A stretch of 63,534 bases of DNA, filler included. It is 4 parts of 4 records of this genome, joined end to end, with 100 filler letters (N's around TTAATTAATTAA, not from the genome) between each part and the next. Parts side by side here need not be neighbours in the genome. Positions count along the whole stretch, not along the records: positions 1 to 10,465 come from SRR20825010_800; 3 more parts are not named here. One strand, 5' to 3'. The position numbers and the translations under genes were made by a program. The notes beneath the pieces were generated by a model. That model made no database searches. It was not told where the DNA came from and saw only the letters and a program-made list of their open reading frames with translations. Positions 1-9,151 of the stretch are shown piece by piece. Within the stretch, counting starts at the first letter, position 1. The number at the start of each line of letters is the position of its first letter.

Positions 1-858
1 ATCTTTATCCGATTTTACTTTTGCGCCTTTTTGCTTTTCAGCGTTTATTTTATCCTGCGTTTTTTTCTCTTCGTTATTCATTGCTTCCAACAAACTTTTT
101 ACCTGTTGAGGCGACAATTGCCCTGGAACAGGCTGCTGTTGCTGAGGTTTATCACCTTGTTCGTCTTTAGGTTTGTCAGGCTTTCCTTGGTCTTTTTCTT
201 CATCTCCTTCTTTTTTATCCTCTTTTTGATCGCCTTTATCTTTGTCTTCTTTCTCGTCGCCTTTATCGCCTTCTTTATCTTTATTATCTTTATTATCCTG
301 ATTTTGTTGATCTTTTTGGTCTTTGTCGTCCTTTTTATCGTCTTGTGGTGGTGGCGGATTTTTTTCTAGTAAATCTTTTGCCAATGCTAAATTATAACGG
401 GATTCCTCATCGTTGGGGTTATTCCGAAGTGCATTTTTATAGGCTTCAACGGCTTCAGTATATTTTTTTTCATTCATAAAAGTATTTCCCAAATTATGAA
501 ATGCTTTATGTTTTTCACTTTTTTCTGTAGCGGTGGTTGCAGCTTGTTGAAAACGAAGCATTGCCTCGGCATTTTTTTCTTTTCCGTAGTAAGCGGTACC
601 CAAATTGTACTTTGCAGTTTCACTTTTTGGATTTAAAGAAATTGATTTTCTGAAATCTGCTTCTGCAGTTGCAAATTCATTTTTTTGAAGTGACTGCTGT
701 GCTTCACTTAAATAATTCTGCGCTGCGCGTAGTTCCTTTTCCTGCTCTTTGGTTTGTTGTGCAAATGAATTCCACGAAAACAAAACCACACACAGAAACA
801 TACACGAAATGTTTCGCATTGATTTTTTCTGAAAAAATGTTTTAACTTCAAAAATCAT
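1..858 (-). CDS. batC: BatC-like TPR protein (3' end runs off the window; not in ORF track)
   Basis: Manual translation from ATG 858: signal-like N-terminus, TPR repeats (AKYNLGTAYY…, AFHNLGNTFMNEKKYTEAVEAYKNALRNNPNDEESRYNLA), D/K/Q-rich linker, C-terminal LLEAMNNEEKKTQDK; lies directly after batB. Confidence 0.85.
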   Translation of the reverse strand, partial: MIFEVKTFFQKKSMRNISCMFLCVVLFSWNSFAQQTKEQEKELRAAQNYLSEAQQSLQKNEFATAEADFRKSISLNPKSETAKYNLGTAYYGKEKNAEAMLRFQQAATTATEKSEKHKAFHNLGNTFMNEKKYTEAVEAYKNALRNNPNDEESRYNLALAKDLLEKNPPPPQDDKKDDKDQKDQQNQDNKDNKDKEGDKGDEKEDKDKGDQKEDKKEGDEEKDQGKPDKPKDEQGDKPQQQQPVPGQLSPQQVKSLLEAMNNEEKKTQDKINAEKQKGAKVKSDKD

Positions 859-860
859 CT

Positions 861-1904
861 TTATACTTTTTCCTTTTCATTAAACAAATTCAACTTTTTA
901 AGCCAAGCGGTTTTTCGTTCTAACAGCAATACATCAAAAACCAACAAAAATAATGCCCCAGCTAAAAACCACTGAAACTGATCTTTAAAATCAGTGAATT
1001 GCTTCGCCTCAAATTCTTTTTTGTCCATGCCGTTCAAAATGGCCTTAACTTCATCCACGACTACTTTGGTATTAGCACCGTCAATATAGGCACCATTGGC
1101 GGTTTGAGCAATTTCTTTAAGTGTTTCTTCCCCTAAACGAGTGATTACCTGCTCGTTGTTTTGATCGCGTTTGTAATATTGTAACACGCCATTTTCTTTA
1201 ATAGGAATTGGCCCTCCATTTATAGTTCCTACACCAATAGTAAAAATGCGAACCCCATTATCTGCAGCTTCTTCGGCGATACTTGAAACATTTCCTTCGT
1301 GGTCTTCTCCGTCTGAAATGATAAAAAGTACCCGGTTTGTTTGGCCTTCATCATCATAAAAAGTTAGCGCCATATCAATTGCCTGCGTAATTGCAGTTCC
1401 TTGTGAAGAAACCATGTCAGTATTCATGCCGCTTAAAAATAGTTTTGCAGAAGAAAAATCTGTAGTAATTGGAACCTGCGGAAATGCGCTGCCAGCATAG
1501 CCAATAATTCCAATTCTATCGCCAGCAAGGCTATTTATTATCTGGGTAATAAGTTGTTTTGATTTTTCCAAACGGTTTGGCGCAATGTCTTCAGCAAGCA
1601 TACTTTTTGAAACATCTAGCGCAAAAACAATATCTACACCTTCACGTTTAACGGTTTCTAACTTGGTTCCAATTTTTGGGTTTACCAAAGCAAAACTTAA
1701 ACACGCAATTGCCAAACAAAGCACAAAAATCTTTAAAATTGATTTGAAAAGCGACTGGTTTGGACTCAATTTTTTAAGCAATTCTTTATCCACAAACCGT
1801 TTTTGAACCGTTTTTTTCCAAAGTATAACCATTAGAAAAAGCACTACAAACACCGGTATGGCGAAGAGAATGTAAAAATATATGGGTTGCTCCAGTTGGT
1901 ACAT
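861..1904 (-). CDS. batB: BatB, VWA-domain membrane protein
   Basis: N-terminal TM segments, MIDAS DVSKSM, SDGEDH, C-terminal TM; bat operon context. Confidence 0.9.
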   Translation of the reverse strand: MYQLEQPIYFYILFAIPVFVVLFLMVILWKKTVQKRFVDKELLKKLSPNQSLFKSILKIFVLCLAIACLSFALVNPKIGTKLETVKREGVDIVFALDVSKSMLAEDIAPNRLEKSKQLITQIINSLAGDRIGIIGYAGSAFPQVPITTDFSSAKLFLSGMNTDMVSSQGTAITQAIDMALTFYDDEGQTNRVLFIISDGEDHEGNVSSIAEEAADNGVRIFTIGVGTINGGPIPIKENGVLQYYKRDQNNEQVITRLGEETLKEIAQTANGAYIDGANTKVVVDEVKAILNGMDKKEFEAKQFTDFKDQFQWFLAGALFLLVFDVLLLERKTAWLKKLNLFNEKEKV

Positions 1905-1907
1905 TTT

Positions 1908-2336
1908 TTATTCTTTATTGCTGTTTTTTAGTTTTATTATTTTGGTTTTCATATTCATTCTTTCAACAGAAAACGAATTGCTTTTTTCGTTTGCAAAATC
2001 AATCATTAATAATAATTTCTTCGACAACTCATTTATTTCAATATTCAATTGAGCATTAAACTCTTCTGATTTTTGAATTGTTTGAAACATTAATTCTATT
2101 AATTTTTCAAGATGTACTTCATGAATATTTTTCACTTTTTCCATCAATTCTGAATCTTTGGTTTTTGAAATTTCTTTAAGCGATAAACCAAAATATCCGT
2201 CTAATTTTTCATCCGATTCAGAAACTACAGTTTCAAAATTATTTATGTCTGCTGAAATTGTTTCACCAATCAATTTCGCTATTGCCATCGTTAACTTTTG
2301 GACTTCACGCTTCAAAAAATCATTTTCCTGTTCCAT
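1908..2336 (-). CDS. Hypothetical all-helical protein inserted between batA and batB
   Basis: 142-aa ORF, co-oriented, 3 nt from batB and 20 nt from batA. Confidence 0.7.
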   Translation of the reverse strand: MEQENDFLKREVQKLTMAIAKLIGETISADINNFETVVSESDEKLDGYFGLSLKEISKTKDSELMEKVKNIHEVHLEKLIELMFQTIQKSEEFNAQLNIEINELSKKLLLMIDFANEKSNSFSVERMNMKTKIIKLKNSNKE

Positions 2337-2356
2337 TTCTTCGGGGGTTATGAACT

Positions 2357-3364
2357 TTACAAAAACCCACGGAAAACGGTTGTTCGCAACAAAAACTCAA
2401 ATGCAATTAAAATCAATGCGAAAATTGCCCATGGGCGAAACATTTCGTTATAATTTGTGTATTTAAATTCTTCGATATCCGTTTTCTCTAACTTGTTTAT
2501 TTCTTCGTAAATTTCTTCTAGTTTCGTATTGCTCGTTGCTCGAAAATATTGACCACCCGTTTTTGCAGCGATTTCCTTTAGCAAAGTCTCGTCAATTTCC
2601 ACTTGTACATTTCCGTATTGAAAACCACCGTCTGGGCGAATACCAATGGGCGACATTGCCATACCATTGCTTCCCAAACCAATGGTATATACTTTTATGC
2701 CAAATTCCACTGCAAGCTCACTTGCTATTCTTGGGTCTATAAAGCCTGAGTTGTTAACCCCGTCGGTCAATAAAATGATAACTTTACTTTTGGCACGGCT
2801 TTCCTTCAAACGGTTTACAGCCGTTGCCAAACCTGAACCAATTGCTGTTCCGCCTTCAATGGTTGTATTGTAAACCATACTTTTTAGAGATGAAAGGACT
2901 ATGGTTTTATCACTTGTTAAAGGGGTTCGGGTATAACTTTCTCCTGCATATTCCACCAAACCAATTCGGTCATTTGGGCGACTGCTTATAAAACGTGCGG
3001 CAACTGTTTTTAGGGCTTCCAAACGATTTGGTTTTAAATCGCGCGCAAGCATACTTGCAGAAAGATCCATTGCCATAACAATGTCTATTCCACGCGTAGT
3101 TTTTGTTTTTGTGGTTTCATCTACTGTACGCGGCCTTGCCATTGCCACGATTAATGCTGAAAGTGCCAAAAGGCGAAGTACAAACAAAAATGGTTTTAAG
3201 CGCGCTAGCCAGTTTTTTCCAGTTTTAAAACCGCTAATACTAGAAATTTTTAGTGATGCTGTTTGTTGTTTTCGTTTCCATAAATACCATAGCACAAGTG
3301 GTGGAAGTATTAGAAACAACCAGAAAAACTGCGGATTTACAAATTCGAAATTACTGCCCATCAT
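2357..3364 (-). CDS. batA: BatA, VWA-domain protein
   Basis: BatA N-terminal TM, DLSASM MIDAS, GTAIG, LLTDGVNNSG; start probably ATG 3364 or 3361. Confidence 0.9.
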   Translation of the reverse strand: MMGSNFEFVNPQFFWLFLILPPLVLWYLWKRKQQTASLKISSISGFKTGKNWLARLKPFLFVLRLLALSALIVAMARPRTVDETTKTKTTRGIDIVMAMDLSASMLARDLKPNRLEALKTVAARFISSRPNDRIGLVEYAGESYTRTPLTSDKTIVLSSLKSMVYNTTIEGGTAIGSGLATAVNRLKESRAKSKVIILLTDGVNNSGFIDPRIASELAVEFGIKVYTIGLGSNGMAMSPIGIRPDGGFQYGNVQVEIDETLLKEIAAKTGGQYFRATSNTKLEEIYEEINKLEKTDIEEFKYTNYNEMFRPWAIFALILIAFEFLLRTTVFRGFL

Positions 3365-5018
3365 GCTCTGAAATTTCAAGTTCTATGGAATTGATAATAC
3401 GTTCTTTTATTTTTTCGGCGTATTTGCCATCGTCTTGATATACAATCAAAACTTCTTGCAAACCATTTTGCTGTGCAAAGAGTAAGAGTTCATAAGTGCT
3501 TTTCTCTTTTAGAATTTTGTTGTCTGAAACCTGAACATTAAACTCGCCATAAGCTTTTAAACCTTTGATGCCTTTTTCGGTTTCAAAATCATCGCGTTTT
3601 ACGATTAAATTTTTAGCTCCACTTTGCTCAAGATCGTCCAAAACAGCATCTAAAGCAGTGTCTAATGCAATGTCTTGTTTTTGTGAAAACTGTATTGTTG
3701 AAACCATAATATAAAGCGGTGTATTTTTTTCACCAAAAGTGAATACATCTCTAGCGCTTATAATGCTATTATCGGCATTTGTTTTAGGCATTTCGCCTCT
3801 AATAAGTACTTCGGGGGTTTCTAAAATTACGGCAGGGTTTCCGTATTCGCTATTTATCCAGCGTCCTTCGGAAAGCTCTCGGAGCTCATTGCCAAGAATT
3901 TTATCTTTTAAATTATCAAAACCAGAAATACTACCATAGATTATTGCCGACAAGATAATTGCAGCAAATACACCCGAAATTCCCAAAATCCATTTTTTGC
4001 GTTGGCGCTTTTTCTTAAGCTTTTCTAGGTGTTCTTGGTTTTTTAAAAGTTCCTCCTCGGTAGGTTCCGGAACGGCTTCATGGGTTTCGTTGATAATTTC
4101 TTCAATAGTTTTTCTATCAACTTCCGCTTGCCCCGATTGTTGGCTCATTTTTGCAAATTTTACCAAATCGGCACGTTTAAAAATTTGATCTAACTTCCGA
4201 ATCGTGTCCAAATCAAAATCAAAACTTCCAGCATCTTTGTGCATCATTAAACGACTAATAAGTTCGTCGCTGGTGCTTTCTAGCGCAGCTTCATCTACTT
4301 CACGGTCTAAATAACGCTTTACAATTTCAGTAAGATTACTATAATATTCTTTGCTTTTATTCTCCAGCAATAATTGTGAATTATCCAATTGTTTTAACGC
4401 TACAATAGCTTCTTCATAAGGAGGTAATTGTTTTTCGGCAGCGTCTTTTCGTTTTTTTCTTCGGAATAAATAAAAGGCGATTGCAATAATCAATAAAACA
4501 GGAAGTAACCAGTATAAAAGCGATAACCAATCAAACGGCGGGCTTTTTACTTCCACCGCAGGTTTTATATCGAACATTTTCTGTTTTGTAGTATCTACAA
4601 CCACATCTGCAACTTCCACTTTTATGGAATCGGTTAAAAAAGGTTTGTTGTTGATGAAAATACGTTGCGGCGGAATGGTAAAATGACCACTATCAAACTG
4701 CGTTAACCCGTATTTTTTAATGAGGCGGTATTTTGAAGCTTCAAATGTAGTGTCCATTTTATAGGACGTTATCATTTCTAAAGGCATAAAAGTTTGCTCT
4801 TCAGGAAAAACAACTACATCGGTTGAGTCTGCTTGAACGTTTATGGTGTATAGTATTTCTTCGCCAATTCTAATTTTTGTAGAATCGATTGAAGAGGTTA
4901 CTTGGGCGTTAGCAAAAAAAGAAAAGAAGAATACGATTGCCGAAAAAAGTAAATATGAGTTGCCTTGAAAAATAAATTTTCGGTTTTTCTGATTACTATT
5001 TTGTCTAAAATCTAACAT
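3351..5018 (-). CDS. Bat-operon membrane protein (BatD-like/DUF4381-like)
   Basis: Signal peptide, Ig-like region, TM followed by a basic patch, ADLVKFAK motif; lies between DUF58 and batA. Confidence 0.75.
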   Translation of the reverse strand: MLDFRQNSNQKNRKFIFQGNSYLLFSAIVFFFSFFANAQVTSSIDSTKIRIGEEILYTINVQADSTDVVVFPEEQTFMPLEMITSYKMDTTFEASKYRLIKKYGLTQFDSGHFTIPPQRIFINNKPFLTDSIKVEVADVVVDTTKQKMFDIKPAVEVKSPPFDWLSLLYWLLPVLLIIAIAFYLFRRKKRKDAAEKQLPPYEEAIVALKQLDNSQLLLENKSKEYYSNLTEIVKRYLDREVDEAALESTSDELISRLMMHKDAGSFDFDLDTIRKLDQIFKRADLVKFAKMSQQSGQAEVDRKTIEEIINETHEAVPEPTEEELLKNQEHLEKLKKKRQRKKWILGISGVFAAIILSAIIYGSISGFDNLKDKILGNELRELSEGRWINSEYGNPAVILETPEVLIRGEMPKTNADNSIISARDVFTFGEKNTPLYIMVSTIQFSQKQDIALDTALDAVLDDLEQSGAKNLIVKRDDFETEKGIKGLKAYGEFNVQVSDNKILKEKSTYELLLFAQQNGLQEVLIVYQDDGKYAEKIKERIINSIELEISEHDGQ

Positions 5019-5035
5019 CTCAAGTCTAAAATCTA
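5004..5035. repeat. Degenerate heptamer tandem array TCTAAAA-TCTAACA-TCTCAAG-TCTAAAA-TCTA
   Basis: Read directly; 7-nt periodicity. Confidence 0.65.
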
Positions 5036-5896
5036 TCGTCTTTTAAAATAACCTAATAATTTTTTTACATAACTTTCATCAACCCTACAACTCAAGGCAC
5101 CTGCGCCACTTTTGGTAAAGGTTTCAGTGAAATAATCCACACGTTCACGATGGTAACTATAATAGTGATTACGCACACTTTTGGAGCCTGTGTTTACTAA
5201 AAGAAGCTCGCCAGTTTCTTGATCTTGCATTTGCACCATTCCTAAATTTGGAATATTTTCTTCGGCTTTGTCATAAACTCTAATTCCGGTGAGGTCGTGC
5301 TTTCTAGCGGCAATTTTCAATGTATCTTTATAATCGGCTGCAATAAAATCTGAAAGCACAAAAACAATGGCTTTCTTTTTCATTACGTTGCTTAAAAATT
5401 TTAATGCGTTGGCAAGATCTGTTTTATTGCTTTTTGGTTGAAATTCAATCAACTCACGAATAATTCGCAGTACATGCGATTTTCCTTTTTTCGGTGGAAT
5501 ATAAAGTTCTATTTCATCTGAAAAAAGAATCAATCCCGTTTTGTCGTTATTTTGCATTGCTGAAAAAGCCAAGGTTGCGGCTATTTCAGTAATAATTTCA
5601 TTTTTGAACTGTTCTTGTGTTCCAAAAAATTCAGAACCACTTATATCTGCCATCAACATTAAAGTGAGTTCGCGCTCTTCTTCAAAAACTTTTACAAAAG
5701 GCTCGTTGTATCGCGCGGTAACATTCCAATCTATATTCCGAACGTCATCGCCAAATTGGTACTGACGCACTTCACTAAAGGTCATCCCGCGACCTTTAAA
5801 CGTACTATGATATTCGCCACCAAACACGTGATCGCTCAATCGGCGTGTTTTGATCTCGATTTTCCGTACTTTTTTAAGAAGTTCTTTTGTATCCAT
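5033..5896 (-). CDS. DUF58 domain protein (MoxR-associated)
   Basis: FSEVRQYQFGDDVRNIDWNVTAR motif. Confidence 0.92.
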   Translation of the reverse strand: MDTKELLKKVRKIEIKTRRLSDHVFGGEYHSTFKGRGMTFSEVRQYQFGDDVRNIDWNVTARYNEPFVKVFEEERELTLMLMADISGSEFFGTQEQFKNEIITEIAATLAFSAMQNNDKTGLILFSDEIELYIPPKKGKSHVLRIIRELIEFQPKSNKTDLANALKFLSNVMKKKAIVFVLSDFIAADYKDTLKIAARKHDLTGIRVYDKAEENIPNLGMVQMQDQETGELLLVNTGSKSVRNHYYSYHRERVDYFTETFTKSGAGALSCRVDESYVKKLLGYFKRR

Positions 5897-5904
5897 TTTG
5901 ATTA

Positions 5905-5982
5905 ATTACGATATACGATTTTAGATTTATGAATTTTTAATTTGATAGGAATTCGTAAATCGGCATTCTAAAATCGTAAATC
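5905..5982. repeat. Inverted pair of degenerate heptamer arrays (TTTACGA/TTTTAGA-type units)
   Basis: Left arm ATTACGA TATACGA TTTTAGA TTTATGA; reverse complement of right arm reads TTTACGA TTTTAGA ATGCCGA TTTACGA. Confidence 0.65.
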
Positions 5983-6987
5983 CTATGGGACTTCAATTAC
6001 GTTTACAATCTTATTGATAATATCTTCGGAAGTAATATTTTCGGCTTCAGCTTCATAAGTAATACCGATTCTGTGGCGAAGTACATCGTGTACTACTGCG
6101 CGAACATCTTCAGGAACTACGTAGCCACGACGACGAATAAACGCATAACACTTTGCAGCAATTGCAAGGTTAATACTACCACGCGGGGAAGCACCAAAGT
6201 TTACAAGGGGTTTAATTTCTGAAAGACCAAAATTCTCTGGGGTTCTTGTTGCGAAAATTATATCTAGAATGTATTTTTCAATTTTTTCATCCATATAAAC
6301 TTCACGAACTGCAGCTTGAGCTCTTGTAATTTGCTCTATAGTTGCCACAGGATTCACTTGTTCATAGCTTCCTTTTAAATTTTGGCGCACAATAAGTTGC
6401 TCCTCAGCAATCTGTGGATATTTAATTACTGTTTTTAGCATAAAACGGTCAACCTGAGCTTCCGGTAAAGGATAGGTTCCTTCCTGTTCAATTGGGTTTT
6501 GTGTTGCCATTACTAAAAACGGCCTGTCAAGTTTAAAAGTAGTTTCCCCAATGGTAACTTGCTTTTCTTGCATCGCTTCCAAAAGTGCAGATTGTACTTT
6601 GGCTGGCGCACGGTTAATCTCATCTGCAAGCACAAAGTTGGCAAAAATAGGACCTTTCTTGATGCTAAAATCGTTCACTTTCATGTTATAGATCATCGTT
6701 CCCACAACATCTGCAGGAAGTAAATCTGGCGTAAACTGTATTCGGCTAAAAGTTCCGTGAACTGCTTTAGAAAGTGTGTTGATGGCAAGCGTTTTTGCAA
6801 GCCCAGGAACACCTTCCAACAGAATGTGGCCTTGGCCTAAAAGCCCAATCATAAGCCGTTCCACCATGTGTTTTTGGCCTACAATTACTTTATTCATTTC
6901 CATTGAAAGAACATCCACAAAGGCACTTTCTCTTTCAATTTTCTCATTTAATGCCCCAATGTCAAAGGTCGAATTTGTGTTTTCCAT
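5983..6987 (-). CDS. moxR: MoxR family AAA+ ATPase
   Basis: GVPGLAKT Walker A, RIQFTPDLLPAD, LADEINRAPAKVQSALLE, ATQNPIEQEGTYPLPEAQVDRF; likely start ATG 6987. Confidence 0.95.
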   Translation of the reverse strand: MENTNSTFDIGALNEKIERESAFVDVLSMEMNKVIVGQKHMVERLMIGLLGQGHILLEGVPGLAKTLAINTLSKAVHGTFSRIQFTPDLLPADVVGTMIYNMKVNDFSIKKGPIFANFVLADEINRAPAKVQSALLEAMQEKQVTIGETTFKLDRPFLVMATQNPIEQEGTYPLPEAQVDRFMLKTVIKYPQIAEEQLIVRQNLKGSYEQVNPVATIEQITRAQAAVREVYMDEKIEKYILDIIFATRTPENFGLSEIKPLVNFGASPRGSINLAIAAKCYAFIRRRGYVVPEDVRAVVHDVLRHRIGITYEAEAENITSEDIINKIVNVIEVP

Positions 6988-7201
6988 ACTATGATTTAGA
7001 TTCAATGTATATTTCTTTTTAAAAAGACGGTGCAAATTGAAAATTTATTGATAAAAACCCTGTTAACAATTGGTTAAATTAAAAAAGAGAAAAACTTAAA
7101 ATTATGGGGTACATTTTAAATTAATTTTATCTAACAACTTAGATCGCGATTTTTTGCTTTTAGAACCCTTTAGAAATAGTATTTTTAAAAAAAGTTTGAA
7201 A

Positions 7202-7957
7202 ATGAAAAATAAAACAGCAGTAATTACTGGAGCTACTTCAGGAATAGGTATGGCCACAGCAAGGCTTTTTGCGAAAAATGGATTAAAATTAGTGCTCTGC
7301 GGAAGAAGAGAAGATCGATTGAAAAAAATTTCTGAAGAACTTTCCAAAGTTACAAAAGTACACACACTAAATTTTGATGTGCGGAATAAAGAAGAAGTTT
7401 TTTCAAAATTACAGCAGCTGCCAGCTGAATTTTCAGAAGTCGATATTCTATTAAACAACGCTGGTAATGCCCATGGAATGGACACAATTGATGAAGGCGC
7501 TATAGAAGATTGGGATGCTATGCTAGACATTAATGTAAAAGGATTACTTTATGTGAGTAAAGCAATTCTTCCAAAAATGATTGAACGCAAAAGTGGGCAT
7601 ATTATAAATATTGGAAGCACAGCTGGCAAAGAAGTGTACCCAAAAGGGAATGTGTATTGCGCCAGTAAACATGCTGTAGACGCCATAAACCAAGGCATGC
7701 GAATAGACCTTAACGGAAAAGGAATAAAAGTAGGCGCTATAAATCCAGGATTGGTTGAAACGGAATTTAGTGAAGTTCGTTTTAAAGGAGATTCAGCAAA
7801 AGCCGAAAAAGTGTATCAAGGTTTTACACCATTGAAACCTGAAGATATTGCAGATATCATTTGGTTTGCTGTAACGCGTCCGCCTCATGTAAATATTGCT
7901 GATTTAACAGTTATGTGTTTGGACCAAGCTTCTTCAACGATTGTAAATAAGAAATAA
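7202..7957 (+). CDS. SDR family oxidoreductase (YdfG-like)
   Basis: TGATSGIG, NNAG, YCASK catalytic motif; likely start ATG 7202. Confidence 0.92.
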   Translation: MKNKTAVITGATSGIGMATARLFAKNGLKLVLCGRREDRLKKISEELSKVTKVHTLNFDVRNKEEVFSKLQQLPAEFSEVDILLNNAGNAHGMDTIDEGAIEDWDAMLDINVKGLLYVSKAILPKMIERKSGHIINIGSTAGKEVYPKGNVYCASKHAVDAINQGMRIDLNGKGIKVGAINPGLVETEFSEVRFKGDSAKAEKVYQGFTPLKPEDIADIIWFAVTRPPHVNIADLTVMCLDQASSTIVNKK

Positions 7958-9093
7958 TGATCAACAAACGCCTTTTAATTAAAAATTTACTCGCGCATAA
8001 CGATGAGAGCAGTTTTTATGATAAAAAGCGAAAAATAGATCTTGGCACTAAAGAAGGGAAAGCAAAATTTTTAAAACACATTTGTGCACTCAGCAATAGC
8101 AATCCTTCAAACAATTCTTTTATTGTTATTGGTGTGGAAGACGAAACCAACGAGATTAGAGGCGTAGATTTTTTTGACGATAGTAAAATTCAAAATCTTG
8201 TAAATGCATATCTCACAAATGCACCCTTGATTATTTATGAAAACGTTGCTTTTCCTAATTTGCCTTCAGATAAAGTGGTGGGTTTGGTGACCATTCGACC
8301 CAACGGGAAAATTACATCACTTCGGAAGAATATTTGGAAATATTGGGGCGGCTCAATTTTTCTTCGTGACGGAAGCATTTCAATGCCAAAAGATTTTGAT
8401 ATTGAAATAAAAGATGTGAATTCAGAAATCGTGAAATCCATTGAAAATGCTGCAAAAAATAATATTCAACATACACTAGACGGTGTGATGGATTTTACAA
8501 ACAACCGCCACAAAGACCTTGAAAGTCACTACAAAGTTTTTAAAGAGCAGTTTGTAGTTTGTTGGGCTGGAAATTATAAAAAAGTGAAGGGCAATTTATA
8601 CTATTCTCGCGTAGATATTGAGCTTATCAACGAACAGGTGCGCCTTTTTTATTCTGCTTTAGATGAAATTAGCATCACTTTTACAGACGATTATTTTAAA
8701 ACTGTGGAGTATGTTCATTTGGGTTTGAATGAACAGTTTAAATATTATCCGTTGGAAGAAATGACTATTCACTTTCAAGAAAATGGTTCGTATAAAATAG
8801 ATTCTAAGCTTATTTTTGAGCCACCACAGTTCAACAAAAAAACGCTTTTTCATATTTATAATTCAAATAATACCATTTTAGAAAAACTGAAAAAGCACAT
8901 TCCACTTAATGCTTCCGAAGAAAGAGATTTACACAATTTGCCATCAACCTATCTTATTTGTTATTTGAATGATTTTGAAGAAGCAAAAGAAAAACTGCAA
9001 GAAGCAAAGGAATATTTGAAGCAATACAGCGCTGAAGCATATCAACTTTTAAAAGAATCGTTGCGGATTTTGAGGAAGGTAAGCTATAATTAA
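7957..9093 (+). CDS. Schlafen/AlbA_2-domain protein with uncharacterised C-terminal domain
   Basis: ESSFYDKK…KHICALSNS…FIVIGVEDE…GV pattern typical of AlbA_2; TAATG coupling to the SDR gene. Confidence 0.7.
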   Translation: MINKRLLIKNLLAHNDESSFYDKKRKIDLGTKEGKAKFLKHICALSNSNPSNNSFIVIGVEDETNEIRGVDFFDDSKIQNLVNAYLTNAPLIIYENVAFPNLPSDKVVGLVTIRPNGKITSLRKNIWKYWGGSIFLRDGSISMPKDFDIEIKDVNSEIVKSIENAAKNNIQHTLDGVMDFTNNRHKDLESHYKVFKEQFVVCWAGNYKKVKGNLYYSRVDIELINEQVRLFYSALDEISITFTDDYFKTVEYVHLGLNEQFKYYPLEEMTIHFQENGSYKIDSKLIFEPPQFNKKTLFHIYNSNNTILEKLKKHIPLNASEERDLHNLPSTYLICYLNDFEEAKEKLQEAKEYLKQYSAEAYQLLKESLRILRKVSYN

Positions 9094-9151
9094 CCTTGGT
9101 TTCAACCTAATTTTATATCTTTAAACTTCAATTTTTAAACTCACTGTAATT

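Noticed and set aside
31-369. Very hydrophobic Phe-rich + strand ORF
   Set aside because: Antisense shadow of the D/K/E-rich low-complexity linker of BatC.
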